Shown: positions 1 to 8,202 of the stretch, piece by piece | How positions within the stretch are numbered: position 1 is the first letter of the stretch | Layout of the letters: every line of letters begins with the position of its first letter | Virus record (IMG/VR): IMGVR_UViG_3300036982_000947 | Span: 1 to 28,528 of that record | Length of the DNA stretch: 28,528 nt | DNA from: a virus | Lineage: Duplodnaviria > Caudoviricetes | Strand: one strand, 5' to 3' | The notes under the pieces: model-generated | Database searches by the model: none | Seen by the model: the letters and a program-made list of their open reading frames with translations, nothing else | What the model was told of the DNA's origin: nothing | Translations under genes and position numbers: made by a program

Positions 1-127
1 TTAAGGAACTTAACTGATTGGCTTGGATTAACAAGTGAAGAAATGGAAGATGGTTCTATTGCATCTGATAAATATGCTAATGCTTTGAAAAGAGTAAATG
101 CTGAAGCTAAGAAGAATATAAGAGAAG
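1..127 (+). repeat. Terminal direct repeat, left copy (assembly overlap)
   Basis: 1-127 (ttaaggaacttaactg...aatataagagaag) is identical to 28402-28528. Confidence 0.97.
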
Positions 128-1650
128 CTGAGAGAAAAGTAGAAATGGCTAGAGCTGAAAAGAAAAGCATAGAAGAAATAGCCAAATTAGAGCAAGATGC
201 CTCAATAGAAAAGCAAGTTCAATATATTAAGCTTCGAGATGAAGCAAATAAATTAATAGTAGCTAAAAAGAGAGAATTAGCTACATTAACTATTGGAACC
301 GCAGAATATAAAGAGGTAGATAAGGAATTAACTGATGCAACTATTGCTAGGGATGAAGCTTTAACAGGTTTAGCTGATGCTGAGCAGGAATGGTTAATTA
401 TTGCAATGAAAGCTAAAGACGATGCTGTTAAAAGAGATGAGGAATATAATAGAAAATCAATTGAAGATGCCAAAAAAAGAGCACAAGCCGAATTAAAAGC
501 TTTAGAAGAAAGAGAAAAATTAAAAATTATATCAACTGATAAATTAACTCTGACTAGAATTCAAATTGAAATTGATGCAGAAGAAAATATATTTAATTTC
601 AAAAAATCTAAAGCTAAGGAATTAGAAATAACAGAGTCGGCTTTGGCTTTGATGGAAAAAGAAAAAATGATTCGCGTAGATGAATTAAAAGAAAAATTAA
701 AAGGAGCTAATAGTGAATTAAGAGTTATCTTTAATGAAACTACTCGTTTATTTGAAGTTGTTAGAAAGCAGGCTGATGAAATGATAACTAAAGTACCAGA
801 TAATGAAGAATATATAAAAATATCAAGACAAAGAATTTTAGCAAATAGACAATTTCAAATTGATTCGATTAAAGAAGTTTTGGATTTTGATAATTTAAGC
901 TATAATGAAAGAATTAATGGAATTAAAAGCTATTATGAGGCTAAAAACTCTTTATTAGAAGCTCAGCGCCAAATTGAATTAAGTGCTGTAGAAGAAGATT
1001 CTAAAGAAGCTGCTATAATAAATCAGAAATACGATGCTTTAATAAAAGCAAATAAAAATAGCACTGCTGCTGATATTAGAGAAATCAATAAAGAAGTTCT
1101 GGATGCTTCTTTTGCTCTGGCTAATGCTGGATTAACTGGTTTAGAAACTATGACTGATATATTCTTTCAAAATAAATTAAAAGCAGCTAAAGGAAATGCT
1201 GTAGAAGAAGAAAAAATTGCTAGACAACAATTTAAAGTGAATAAAGCTTTTCAAATAGGACAAGCAGTTATGAATGGATTGCAATCCGTTTTAGCGATAA
1301 CATCAACGGCAGTAGATCCGACTGGTGTAACAACGGCTTTAAGAGTAGCTGCTCAGATAGCTTTGAATGTTGGTACGATTGCTAAAATAGCAGCAACTCA
1401 ATTTCAAGGTGGAGGTTCAAATGCTGCGGGAACTCAAGGTGCTACTACTCCGGCAATATCTGTTCCAACTACTCCTTCTTTCAATTTATTCGGACAAGGA
1501 AATCAAATGAACGTGAGCTCAGCTCAACCGACTACAACGGTGAGTGACCCTCAAGGAAATATTTTGAGTGTTATAGCTCAAGTCAGCGAAACAGAGATAT
1601 CCGCAGTTCAGGCAAGGAATAGAAGATATAGCAATAGTGCCGAACTATAA
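1..1650 (+). CDS. Tail tape measure protein, C-terminal part (true start at 27931, wraps the junction; ~706 aa total)
   Basis: Frame is open from base 1 and in frame with the ORF from 27931; long E/K/A-rich coiled coil; C-terminus (KAFQIGQAVMNGLQSVLAI...IAKIAATQFQGGG...VSETEISAVQ) typical of Bacteroidota-phage tape measures. Confidence 0.88.
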   Translation, partial: LRNLTDWLGLTSEEMEDGSIASDKYANALKRVNAEAKKNIREAERKVEMARAEKKSIEEIAKLEQDASIEKQVQYIKLRDEANKLIVAKKRELATLTIGTAEYKEVDKELTDATIARDEALTGLADAEQEWLIIAMKAKDDAVKRDEEYNRKSIEDAKKRAQAELKALEEREKLKIISTDKLTLTRIQIEIDAEENIFNFKKSKAKELEITESALALMEKEKMIRVDELKEKLKGANSELRVIFNETTRLFEVVRKQADEMITKVPDNEEYIKISRQRILANRQFQIDSIKEVLDFDNLSYNERINGIKSYYEAKNSLLEAQRQIELSAVEEDSKEAAIINQKYDALIKANKNSTAADIREINKEVLDASFALANAGLTGLETMTDIFFQNKLKAAKGNAVEEEKIARQQFKVNKAFQIGQAVMNGLQSVLAITSTAVDPTGVTTALRVAAQIALNVGTIAKIAATQFQGGGSNAAGTQGATTPAISVPTTPSFNLFGQGNQMNVSSAQPTTTVSDPQGNILSVIAQVSETEISAVQARNRRYSNSAEL

Positions 1651-1665
1651 AAATAAATTAATTTA

Positions 1666-3300
1666 ATGAATACAACCTGGATTAGAACCCTTCAATTAAT
1701 AGAAAGTTTTGCATCAGCTCATATACAAATTAGAAGATTCAAAGCAGATTTTTTAGAGCAATTAGGTAACTTTGGAACTTTAACTGAAGAATATCCGATT
1801 TTGTATGCGGTTCCTCAAGCAGCTCTTTTTCAGAATTCTTTAGACACTCAGCTAAATAGATTTACAATAACTTTCTATGCTTTAGATGTTATTCAAAAAG
1901 ATAGAGCAAATATAAATAATATTCTGAATAATACGAGTTTAATTTTAAATGATTTATTCAAATATTTTAAAGAATCAGATATTCCAGGAATAGACACAAT
2001 AGAAAATAGCGGATTAACTCCTGTAAATAATTATTTATTAGATTATGTCGCTGGTTGGAGAATGACTTTGACTTTCGAAGTCGAAACTTATAGTTATTGT
2101 GAAATTCCTTTTTCTAGTCCTCCGACTTATTCGATTTACGATCCAGATATAGTTTATGCGCAATGGCAAGGTCCAGCTGGTCCTCAAGGTCCGACAGGTC
2201 CTCAAGGTGCGACAGGTGCTGATGGTGGAAATGGAGCAACAGGTCCTATAGGTCCTACTGGTCCTTATCCGTTTTATTATCAAGATTTATCGCCTACTGG
2301 TTCAATAACTGAAGGCTCTCTTTGGTTCGATTCAGATTTAGGACGACTTTATATTTTTGTAGATGATGGAAATACGACGCAGTGGGTTACTCCTGTTTTA
2401 TCAATTGGGCCTACTGGTCCTCAAGGACAAATAGGAGCAACTGGTGCGACAGGAAATACAGGTTTAATTGGTGCAACGGGTCCTCAAGGTGCTACAGGTC
2501 CTTATCCATTTTATTTTCAAGATTTAGCACCTACTGGTTCAATAACAGAAGGTAGCCTTTGGTACGATTCTGATTTGGGAAATCTTTATGTGTATATAGA
2601 CGATGGGACTACGACGCAGTGGGTTACTCCGACTTTATTAGCAGGTCCTACTGGTCCTGCCGGTCCTCAAGGAGTTCAAGGTGTTACTGGTTCCAATGGA
2701 GCAACAGGTCCTCAAGGTGCAACTGGTTTAGGAATAGCTTTTGACTATAATAGAGCACCAGCTACTGCTTCTAATACAACCTGGCATCCATTTATGAGAA
2801 CTTATAGTTTTTCTGCGCAATCAGTGGTTGGTACAAAAGCTTATGCTATTATGGTAGAAAGAACGGTTACAATAGATGCGGTTTTTGGTAGAGGGAATAG
2901 TTCAACAGCAACGAATATGTTATGTGGAATATATACAAATTTAGAAAATCAGTCAAAGCCTGGCACTTTAATAGCCGCAGGTACCGCTTCTTTCAATTGG
3001 GTTGCGACAGGAGTGCAAACGATAAATATTCCTCAAGTAACTTTACAACCTGGAGTTTATTGGGTAGGTTTTAGTTTTGCTAATGGAAATACAGGTGCGG
3101 TTATACAAGGTTTTACACAGCCAGTAGGTGGATACTATATGAATGGAATAAATGTAGGAAATGGTAACCCTCAATTGATTTGGGTAGAACCAGGAATTTA
3201 CACGACTAGCATGCCTGCAACGTGGAATGGTGCATCAAGCAGTTTTATTCCTACTACTGGTGGAAATATTCCTTATTTGTGTTGGAGAGTTATATCATAA
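1666..3300 (+). CDS. Tail terminator/completion-like domain fused to collagen-like fibre
   Basis: N-terminal ~160 aa (YPILYAVP, FTITFYALD, LILNDL, VAGWRMTLTFEV..YCEIP) resemble tail-terminator proteins; followed by G-X-Y repeats, two copies of a ~45-aa GSLWxDSD..LY module and a beta-rich C-terminal domain. Confidence 0.7.
   Translation: MNTTWIRTLQLIESFASAHIQIRRFKADFLEQLGNFGTLTEEYPILYAVPQAALFQNSLDTQLNRFTITFYALDVIQKDRANINNILNNTSLILNDLFKYFKESDIPGIDTIENSGLTPVNNYLLDYVAGWRMTLTFEVETYSYCEIPFSSPPTYSIYDPDIVYAQWQGPAGPQGPTGPQGATGADGGNGATGPIGPTGPYPFYYQDLSPTGSITEGSLWFDSDLGRLYIFVDDGNTTQWVTPVLSIGPTGPQGQIGATGATGNTGLIGATGPQGATGPYPFYFQDLAPTGSITEGSLWYDSDLGNLYVYIDDGTTTQWVTPTLLAGPTGPAGPQGVQGVTGSNGATGPQGATGLGIAFDYNRAPATASNTTWHPFMRTYSFSAQSVVGTKAYAIMVERTVTIDAVFGRGNSSTATNMLCGIYTNLENQSKPGTLIAAGTASFNWVATGVQTINIPQVTLQPGVYWVGFSFANGNTGAVIQGFTQPVGGYYMNGINVGNGNPQLIWVEPGIYTTSMPATWNGASSSFIPTTGGNIPYLCWRVIS
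2260..2630 (+). repeat. Intragenic duplication (2260-2393 and 2497-2630, period 237 bp) among collagen repeats
   Basis: GPYPFYYQDLSPTGSITEGSLWFDSDLGRLYIFVDDGNTTQWVTP versus GPYPFYFQDLAPTGSITEGSLWYDSDLGNLYVYIDDGTTTQWVTP. Confidence 0.95.
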
Positions 3301-3322
3301 AAATAAAAAATAAAATATAAAA

Positions 3323-3733
3323 ATGGTTACATATAAAATATCGAAAGAAAATTGGAGCACTTATCAGCTTTTCAATTCTTTAATAGAAGCAGAGCAATGG
3401 ACTTTAACTAATTTAGGAACAGGTTATACTGTTGAAATATCGCCTGATGTGCAACTCGAACCAAAAAGTCCTCAAGAAAAATTAGATGAAGATATTAACT
3501 TTGGTAAAATGCTAATAGAAATGTTTTTATTAGACAATAGATTAATAGTACCATCAGTTACACCTGTTGAGAGCTTAGAACTATTAAACAAATTTCAAAA
3601 TGTAGAAATATTAGCATCTTTAGGTGATATTAGATCAGTAAAAGCAATTTTATACAATATAAGTGTAGATAATAGGTTATTTACTCAAGAAAGAAAAGAT
3701 AAATATCTTTCATTAATAAATGGATATCAATAA
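3323..3733 (+). CDS. Hypothetical protein, possible fibre assembly chaperone
   Basis: 136-aa ORF with A-rich start region between two fibre genes; function inferred from position only. Confidence 0.6.
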   Translation: MVTYKISKENWSTYQLFNSLIEAEQWTLTNLGTGYTVEISPDVQLEPKSPQEKLDEDINFGKMLIEMFLLDNRLIVPSVTPVESLELLNKFQNVEILASLGDIRSVKAILYNISVDNRLFTQERKDKYLSLINGYQ

Positions 3734-3748
3734 AAATAAATTAATAAA

Positions 3749-5107
3749 ATGATAAATTGGCCGATTCCTTCATTTATAGGAGAATTATATACTTTTGGTG
3801 GTAGAACTTGGGAATGGAATGGAAAAGCATGGGTTGGATTAAATATTCCTATTGTTGGTCCTATTGGTGCTACTGGTGCGACAGGTCCTCAAGGAATTCA
3901 AGGAGTAACAGGTTCGACTGGTTCAACAGGTTCTCAAGGTTCTCAAGGTGCGACAGGAACTGGTGGTGTTGTTGCTTTATACTACTCTGGTTATGATACA
4001 ACTACACAAACTAATTTAGGTGCGACTTTTGCTAATGCAATGAGAATTAATAATACAGTAGCAGCAAATGGAATATTCGTAACACAAAGCTCACAGGTGG
4101 TTATTACAAATGGTGGAACATATAATATACAATTTTCAGCTCAGCTTGATAAAACAGATACTGGTAGAGATCAAATTGAAATATGGTTATCTAAAAATGG
4201 GACTAATGTACCGAACTCAAATACTACTTTAGAGCTTCAAGGAAATAATGTGGAATTAGTCGCTGCTTGGAACTTTGTAGAAACCTTTAATGCAAATGAC
4301 TATTTTGAATTATATTGGCACTCAAACGACACTAATATTAGGTTATTGAATAGAGCGACAGCATCTAATCCTGATAGACCCGCAATACCTTCTTTGATAT
4401 TAACTGTTACACAAGTAACTTATACACAGTTAGGACCAACAGGCTCTACTGGGGAAACAGGTGCTACAGGTCCTCAAGGAATACAAGGTACTACGGGTGT
4501 TACGGGTTCTACAGGTGCGACAGGTGCAAATGGAGCAACAGGCAACGGTGGATTATCTGTAAATACGGTACAATATAAATCAGGAACAATACAAGGTTTT
4601 TTAGAAAGTAAAGCCTACACAGGTGGTTCTGGTGTCGTAGCAGCAAATGGATTAAGAGGTTTTTGGATTCAGGTAGAAAAAGATTGCACAATAGATCAGA
4701 TATTAGTGAGAGCAACTACTACAAATGCTGCAGCTAGAGTAACTTTTGCAGTTTATGATGTAAATTCTACTACTGGCTACCCTTCGAATAAATTATTTAA
4801 TTCTACTGAATTTACAGGTGCGGTAAATACTCTACAAACTCAATTAATAACTTATACTTTCAGTGCTGGTGTATATTTCTTAGCTCATAATTCGATTAGT
4901 GCTTCAGGACAATATTTAGGTCCGAATAGGCAGAGTCAATTTAATTCAATAAAGGGTTTAGTTGATACGACAGCAGCTACACTTTTTCTACCAACAGGTT
5001 TATCAATAACACAAGCTTATTCTACGACTTTGCCGAATCCATTTCCTGCTGGTGCAGCAAACGCTGGAAATATTAATATGCCTGGATTATTCTTTAGAAT
5101 ATTATAA
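3749..5107 (+). CDS. Collagen-like fibre protein with C1q/BclA-like internal domain
   Basis: N-terminal MINWP..GELY...WEWNGKAW module, two G-X-Y stretches, GTYNIQFSAQL...IWLSKNG...DYFELYW C1q/TNF-like domain, C-terminal beta domain paralogous to that of 1666..3300. Confidence 0.8.
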   Translation: MINWPIPSFIGELYTFGGRTWEWNGKAWVGLNIPIVGPIGATGATGPQGIQGVTGSTGSTGSQGSQGATGTGGVVALYYSGYDTTTQTNLGATFANAMRINNTVAANGIFVTQSSQVVITNGGTYNIQFSAQLDKTDTGRDQIEIWLSKNGTNVPNSNTTLELQGNNVELVAAWNFVETFNANDYFELYWHSNDTNIRLLNRATASNPDRPAIPSLILTVTQVTYTQLGPTGSTGETGATGPQGIQGTTGVTGSTGATGANGATGNGGLSVNTVQYKSGTIQGFLESKAYTGGSGVVAANGLRGFWIQVEKDCTIDQILVRATTTNAAARVTFAVYDVNSTTGYPSNKLFNSTEFTGAVNTLQTQLITYTFSAGVYFLAHNSISASGQYLGPNRQSQFNSIKGLVDTTAATLFLPTGLSITQAYSTTLPNPFPAGAANAGNINMPGLFFRIL

Positions 5108-5125
5108 AAAATAAAATTTAATAAA

Positions 5126-6214
5126 ATGATAAATTGGCCCGTACCTACTTTTATAGGTGAATTATATACAAGTCCGAATGGTGACACCTGGGAATGGAAT
5201 GGAAAAGCCTGGCTAGGTAGCGATATTCCTGGTGCAGCAATAGGACCTACAGGTCCGAGTGGATTAACTGCCTGGGCGAATATTTTAGCAATTGGAAATA
5301 ATTCAGGACCGAATAATATAATTATGGAAGCCTCAATTATTAGTGGAACTAGTTTAGCTTTAAATCTTCAGTCAGATAATCAGATTAATTTACAAATTAA
5401 CGACGGAACTCAATTTGCTAATTTACTAATGAATTCTACTCCTGGTTTAATTGAATTAAATATGGTAGATGGGATAAATACATCTTTGATGGATATAGCA
5501 ACAAGTGGAATTAGTTTTGGATATGCTGATGGAAGCTTAACATATAACAACAATATTAGTATAGATAATTCTAATATTATTTTAGATGCTACAAATAACT
5601 TTGGTATAGAGCAAGCTAAGATTCTATTAAATCCATCTAATTTTTTATCTTTAAGTCATATACAAGGTGGAAATACGACAGATTTAATTTTACAAAATGG
5701 AGCATGGGCGGTTCAATGCACGAATAATTCTACCTATAATAATTATATTAGCAATGACCCGAACGGCGTTTATTTATCACACGCTGATTTTATAACAACA
5801 AAAACGACAGAGTTTAGAATTCAAGGCGACGGATTAAAACACTCAACCGGAACTGTAGGACAACCAGCTATTTATGATTTAGCCACAGTTGTTACTACTG
5901 ATAATCTTCCTGCTCGAATTTTTCAAATAGATTTAAGTGCGAATAGTCAAAATGTCGTTACTTTCGATGTTATCATAACTGCGCTAGATCAATTAGGAAC
6001 ACAAAGTTACGGTTCTAAATTATTTGGTACTTTTAGATATAATTCTAGTGTTTTAACGCAAATTGGAACAATTGATAAAACTGAAAAATCTGATTTTGCT
6101 ACGGCTTCGTCAAATTTAGTTATTTTAGGAACGGATATAATTATTGAAGTAACGGGTGAAATAGGAAAAACTATGTCATGGTACGCTAGATTTAATTATC
6201 AGTCAGCCATATAA
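5126..6214 (+). CDS. Fibre/spike-like virion protein
   Basis: Same MINWP...WEWNGKAW N-terminal module, short collagen remnant, N/S/T/I-rich beta-strand body. Confidence 0.7.
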   Translation: MINWPVPTFIGELYTSPNGDTWEWNGKAWLGSDIPGAAIGPTGPSGLTAWANILAIGNNSGPNNIIMEASIISGTSLALNLQSDNQINLQINDGTQFANLLMNSTPGLIELNMVDGINTSLMDIATSGISFGYADGSLTYNNNISIDNSNIILDATNNFGIEQAKILLNPSNFLSLSHIQGGNTTDLILQNGAWAVQCTNNSTYNNYISNDPNGVYLSHADFITTKTTEFRIQGDGLKHSTGTVGQPAIYDLATVVTTDNLPARIFQIDLSANSQNVVTFDVIITALDQLGTQSYGSKLFGTFRYNSSVLTQIGTIDKTEKSDFATASSNLVILGTDIIIEVTGEIGKTMSWYARFNYQSAI

Positions 6215-6229
6215 AAATAAATAATAAAA

Positions 6230-6382
6230 ATGGGATTTACATGGAACGCTGGTGAAAGCACTAGATTTATATCAAAAAAATTCAGAGAATTATTCGAAGA
6301 AATACAATATATTAAAGAGGAATTATCTTCTATTAAAGAGGAATTAAAAAAATTAAAAGATAAAGATGAAAAGATTGTTTAA
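6230..6382 (+). CDS. Small coiled-coil protein (50 aa, not in ORF track)
   Basis: MGFTWNAGESTRFISKKFRELFEEIQYIKEELSSIKEELKKLKDKDEKIV; typical A-rich start region; fills the gap between genes; heptad pattern. Confidence 0.7.
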   Translation: MGFTWNAGESTRFISKKFRELFEEIQYIKEELSSIKEELKKLKDKDEKIV

Positions 6383-6548
6383 GGAAGGCTTATTTACGAC
6401 TATATTAGGAATTTGTGTTTTAATATTTACAGGTGCTATGCTTTGGACTGGCAAGCACACGCCTACTGAATTATCAGGTTGGTTCGTTTTTGGATGTACC
6501 TTAATTAGAGCTAAGGACTCTCTTATAGGTTTAGAAGAAGTAAAATAA
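6366..6548 (+). CDS. Small two-TM membrane protein, holin-like
   Basis: 60 aa, basic N-terminus, TTILGICVLIFTGAML and a second hydrophobic segment followed by AKD, as in small phage holin-like proteins. Confidence 0.55.
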   Translation: MKRLFKEGLFTTILGICVLIFTGAMLWTGKHTPTELSGWFVFGCTLIRAKDSLIGLEEVK

Positions 6549-6567
6549 AAAAAAAATAATAAAAAAG

Positions 6568-7095
6568 ATGATTGAATTAAAAGGTTTTAAGTTTAAAACA
6601 AATATTAATGAATTTACTATTGAGGAATACGAAAAAATAACTCGAATAGTTGATAGACAACAAGAAAATTATATTCAGAAGTGGGTTGATATTTTTTCTG
6701 TGCTTTGTGAGAATGGCGAAATAATAAGTCAATTAACGGAAGAAGATTTATTTGCCTTTATGGATAAATTAAATGAAAAAAATCTACCAACTCCTGAGCT
6801 AAAAAAGATAATTGAGATAGATGGTAGAAAGTGGGTTGCTTATGAAGGTGAAAATTTTAAATTAAAATTAAAAGATTTATCAATAATAGAAAGTTTTTTT
6901 AAAGATGATGAAGATTTTTTTGCAAAGATTTTAGCAGTTGTTTTTAAAGATCCTTTATTAGATAATAACTCAAATATAGATGTTATTTTAGAAAGAGAAA
7001 AGATTTTTAAAAATCTTATAGCTGGTGACTATTTAATTTATATAACTACGATAGTTGAAAAGATAACAAAAAAATTCAGTAACTTAAATGCTTAA
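6568..7095 (+). CDS. Putative tail assembly chaperone (paralogue 1)
   Basis: Acidic helical 175-aa protein; NINEFTIEEYEKI resembles the N-terminus of the next ORF. Confidence 0.5.
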   Translation: MIELKGFKFKTNINEFTIEEYEKITRIVDRQQENYIQKWVDIFSVLCENGEIISQLTEEDLFAFMDKLNEKNLPTPELKKIIEIDGRKWVAYEGENFKLKLKDLSIIESFFKDDEDFFAKILAVVFKDPLLDNNSNIDVILEREKIFKNLIAGDYLIYITTIVEKITKKFSNLNA

Positions 7096-7837
7096 TTTAC
7101 CGAGGAATTGGAATGATATAACTTTTTATCAATATCAAGAATTAGTAGATATAGAATTAAATATAGAAGATAATAAAATGGTAGAACAACTAGCCGTTTT
7201 ATTAGATATTAGTCCTGATGATGAAATTATTGCAGATTTGGATGTAGATGAAGTTTTTGATATTTTTGCTAAATTAAAATGGCTAAAAAAACCTATTCCG
7301 AAAAAAATAGAAAAGGTTATTGATGATAAAAAACTCAAAGATTTTTCTGATATTCGATTAGGTGAATTTATAGATATTGAATATTATTTACAAGATGATT
7401 TTATTAAAGGTAAATTAATGATAGCTTCTATTTTATATCGTAGATTTAAAACCGATGAATGGGGAAATATTGTATATGAGCCTTATCTTTATGATCCAGT
7501 TGAAAGAAGTGAATTATATAAATCTATGTCGATTTGTAGCATCGATGGTTTATTAGATGGATATTTAAATTTTAGAGAAAATTTTTTGAAAAACTACCAA
7601 CAGTTATTCGAAGGTGAAGAATCTTTTGAGGAAGATTTTGATGATTTGCAAGGAAGAGAGATAGCCGAAATGAAAAAGGCTTTAGCAGAGAATAAAAAAA
7701 GAAAAAAGTGGGGTTTTGAAAATCTAATTTGGAATTTAAGTGGTGGCGATATAACAAAGTTCGAAGAATTATTCGAAATGAAATTAATTCTTGTTTTTAA
7801 TGTTTTATCTATGCGAAAAAGTTTAGGGGTTGAATAA
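7088..7837 (+). CDS. Putative tail assembly chaperone (paralogue 2)
   Basis: LPRNWNDITFYQYQEL, DIRLGEFIDIE and KWG...IWNLSGGDITKFEEL motifs, typical of tail-cluster proteins in Bacteroidota siphoviruses. Confidence 0.55.
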   Translation: MLNLPRNWNDITFYQYQELVDIELNIEDNKMVEQLAVLLDISPDDEIIADLDVDEVFDIFAKLKWLKKPIPKKIEKVIDDKKLKDFSDIRLGEFIDIEYYLQDDFIKGKLMIASILYRRFKTDEWGNIVYEPYLYDPVERSELYKSMSICSIDGLLDGYLNFRENFLKNYQQLFEGEESFEEDFDDLQGREIAEMKKALAENKKRKKWGFENLIWNLSGGDITKFEELFEMKLILVFNVLSMRKSLGVE

Positions 7838-8146
7838 TACGCTAATTTTTAAATTAGATAAATTATCAGAACCACGACCCTCAAATATATCGCGGATTCC
7901 ATTTTCGATCCATGGAAATATTATTATACCAAATTCTTCATCGCAACCAGGTTGATTTAAAAAAACATTAACAATATCTTTATCTTCGACATGAAATTTA
8001 ATATAATCCTCTGATTCTACGATAATAATTAATTCATTTTGATTTAATTGGGTTGTAACCTGAATAGAATTATATAAGGCACCCGTGTCGATTAAATCTA
8101 AATCTAAAATCGTTTTTTTCATTAATTCAGTCAATATAGCGCTCAT
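7823..8146 (-). CDS. HK97 gp10-like tail/neck component
   Basis: DTGALYNSI matches the DTGxLxxSI signature; exactly fills the gap between + strand genes; ACAATATA box 7 nt upstream of the ATG. Confidence 0.65.
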   Translation of the reverse strand: MSAILTELMKKTILDLDLIDTGALYNSIQVTTQLNQNELIIIVESEDYIKFHVEDKDIVNVFLNQPGCDEEFGIIIFPWIENGIRDIFEGRGSDNLSNLKISVLFNP

Positions 8147-8153
8147 ATAAAAA

Positions 8154-8197
8154 TATATTGTCGAAAGGTAAAAAAATATTCATAAAAATACAATATA
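8154..8197. promoter_or_regulatory. Divergent pair of ACAATATA promoter-like boxes
   Basis: ACAATATA on - (8161-8154) 7 nt before ATG 8146, and on + (8190-8197) 5 nt before ATG 8203. Confidence 0.55.
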
Positions 8198-8202
8198 ATA
8201 TT

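Noticed and set aside
43-1650. ORF-track start at 43
   Set aside because: The frame is open upstream across the junction to ATG 27931.
2260-2630. Fibre repeat pair as DGR template/variable repeats
   Set aside because: Both copies are in-frame coding, differences are not adenine-specific, and no reverse transcriptase is encoded.
7060-7095. Programmed frameshift at the A-run joining the two chaperone-like ORFs
   Set aside because: The downstream frame has TAA immediately before ATG 7088, so no fusion is possible.
8158-8202. TTG start at 8158 for the protease
   Set aside because: The extension covers the divergent promoter-like spacer; ATG 8203 has better context.
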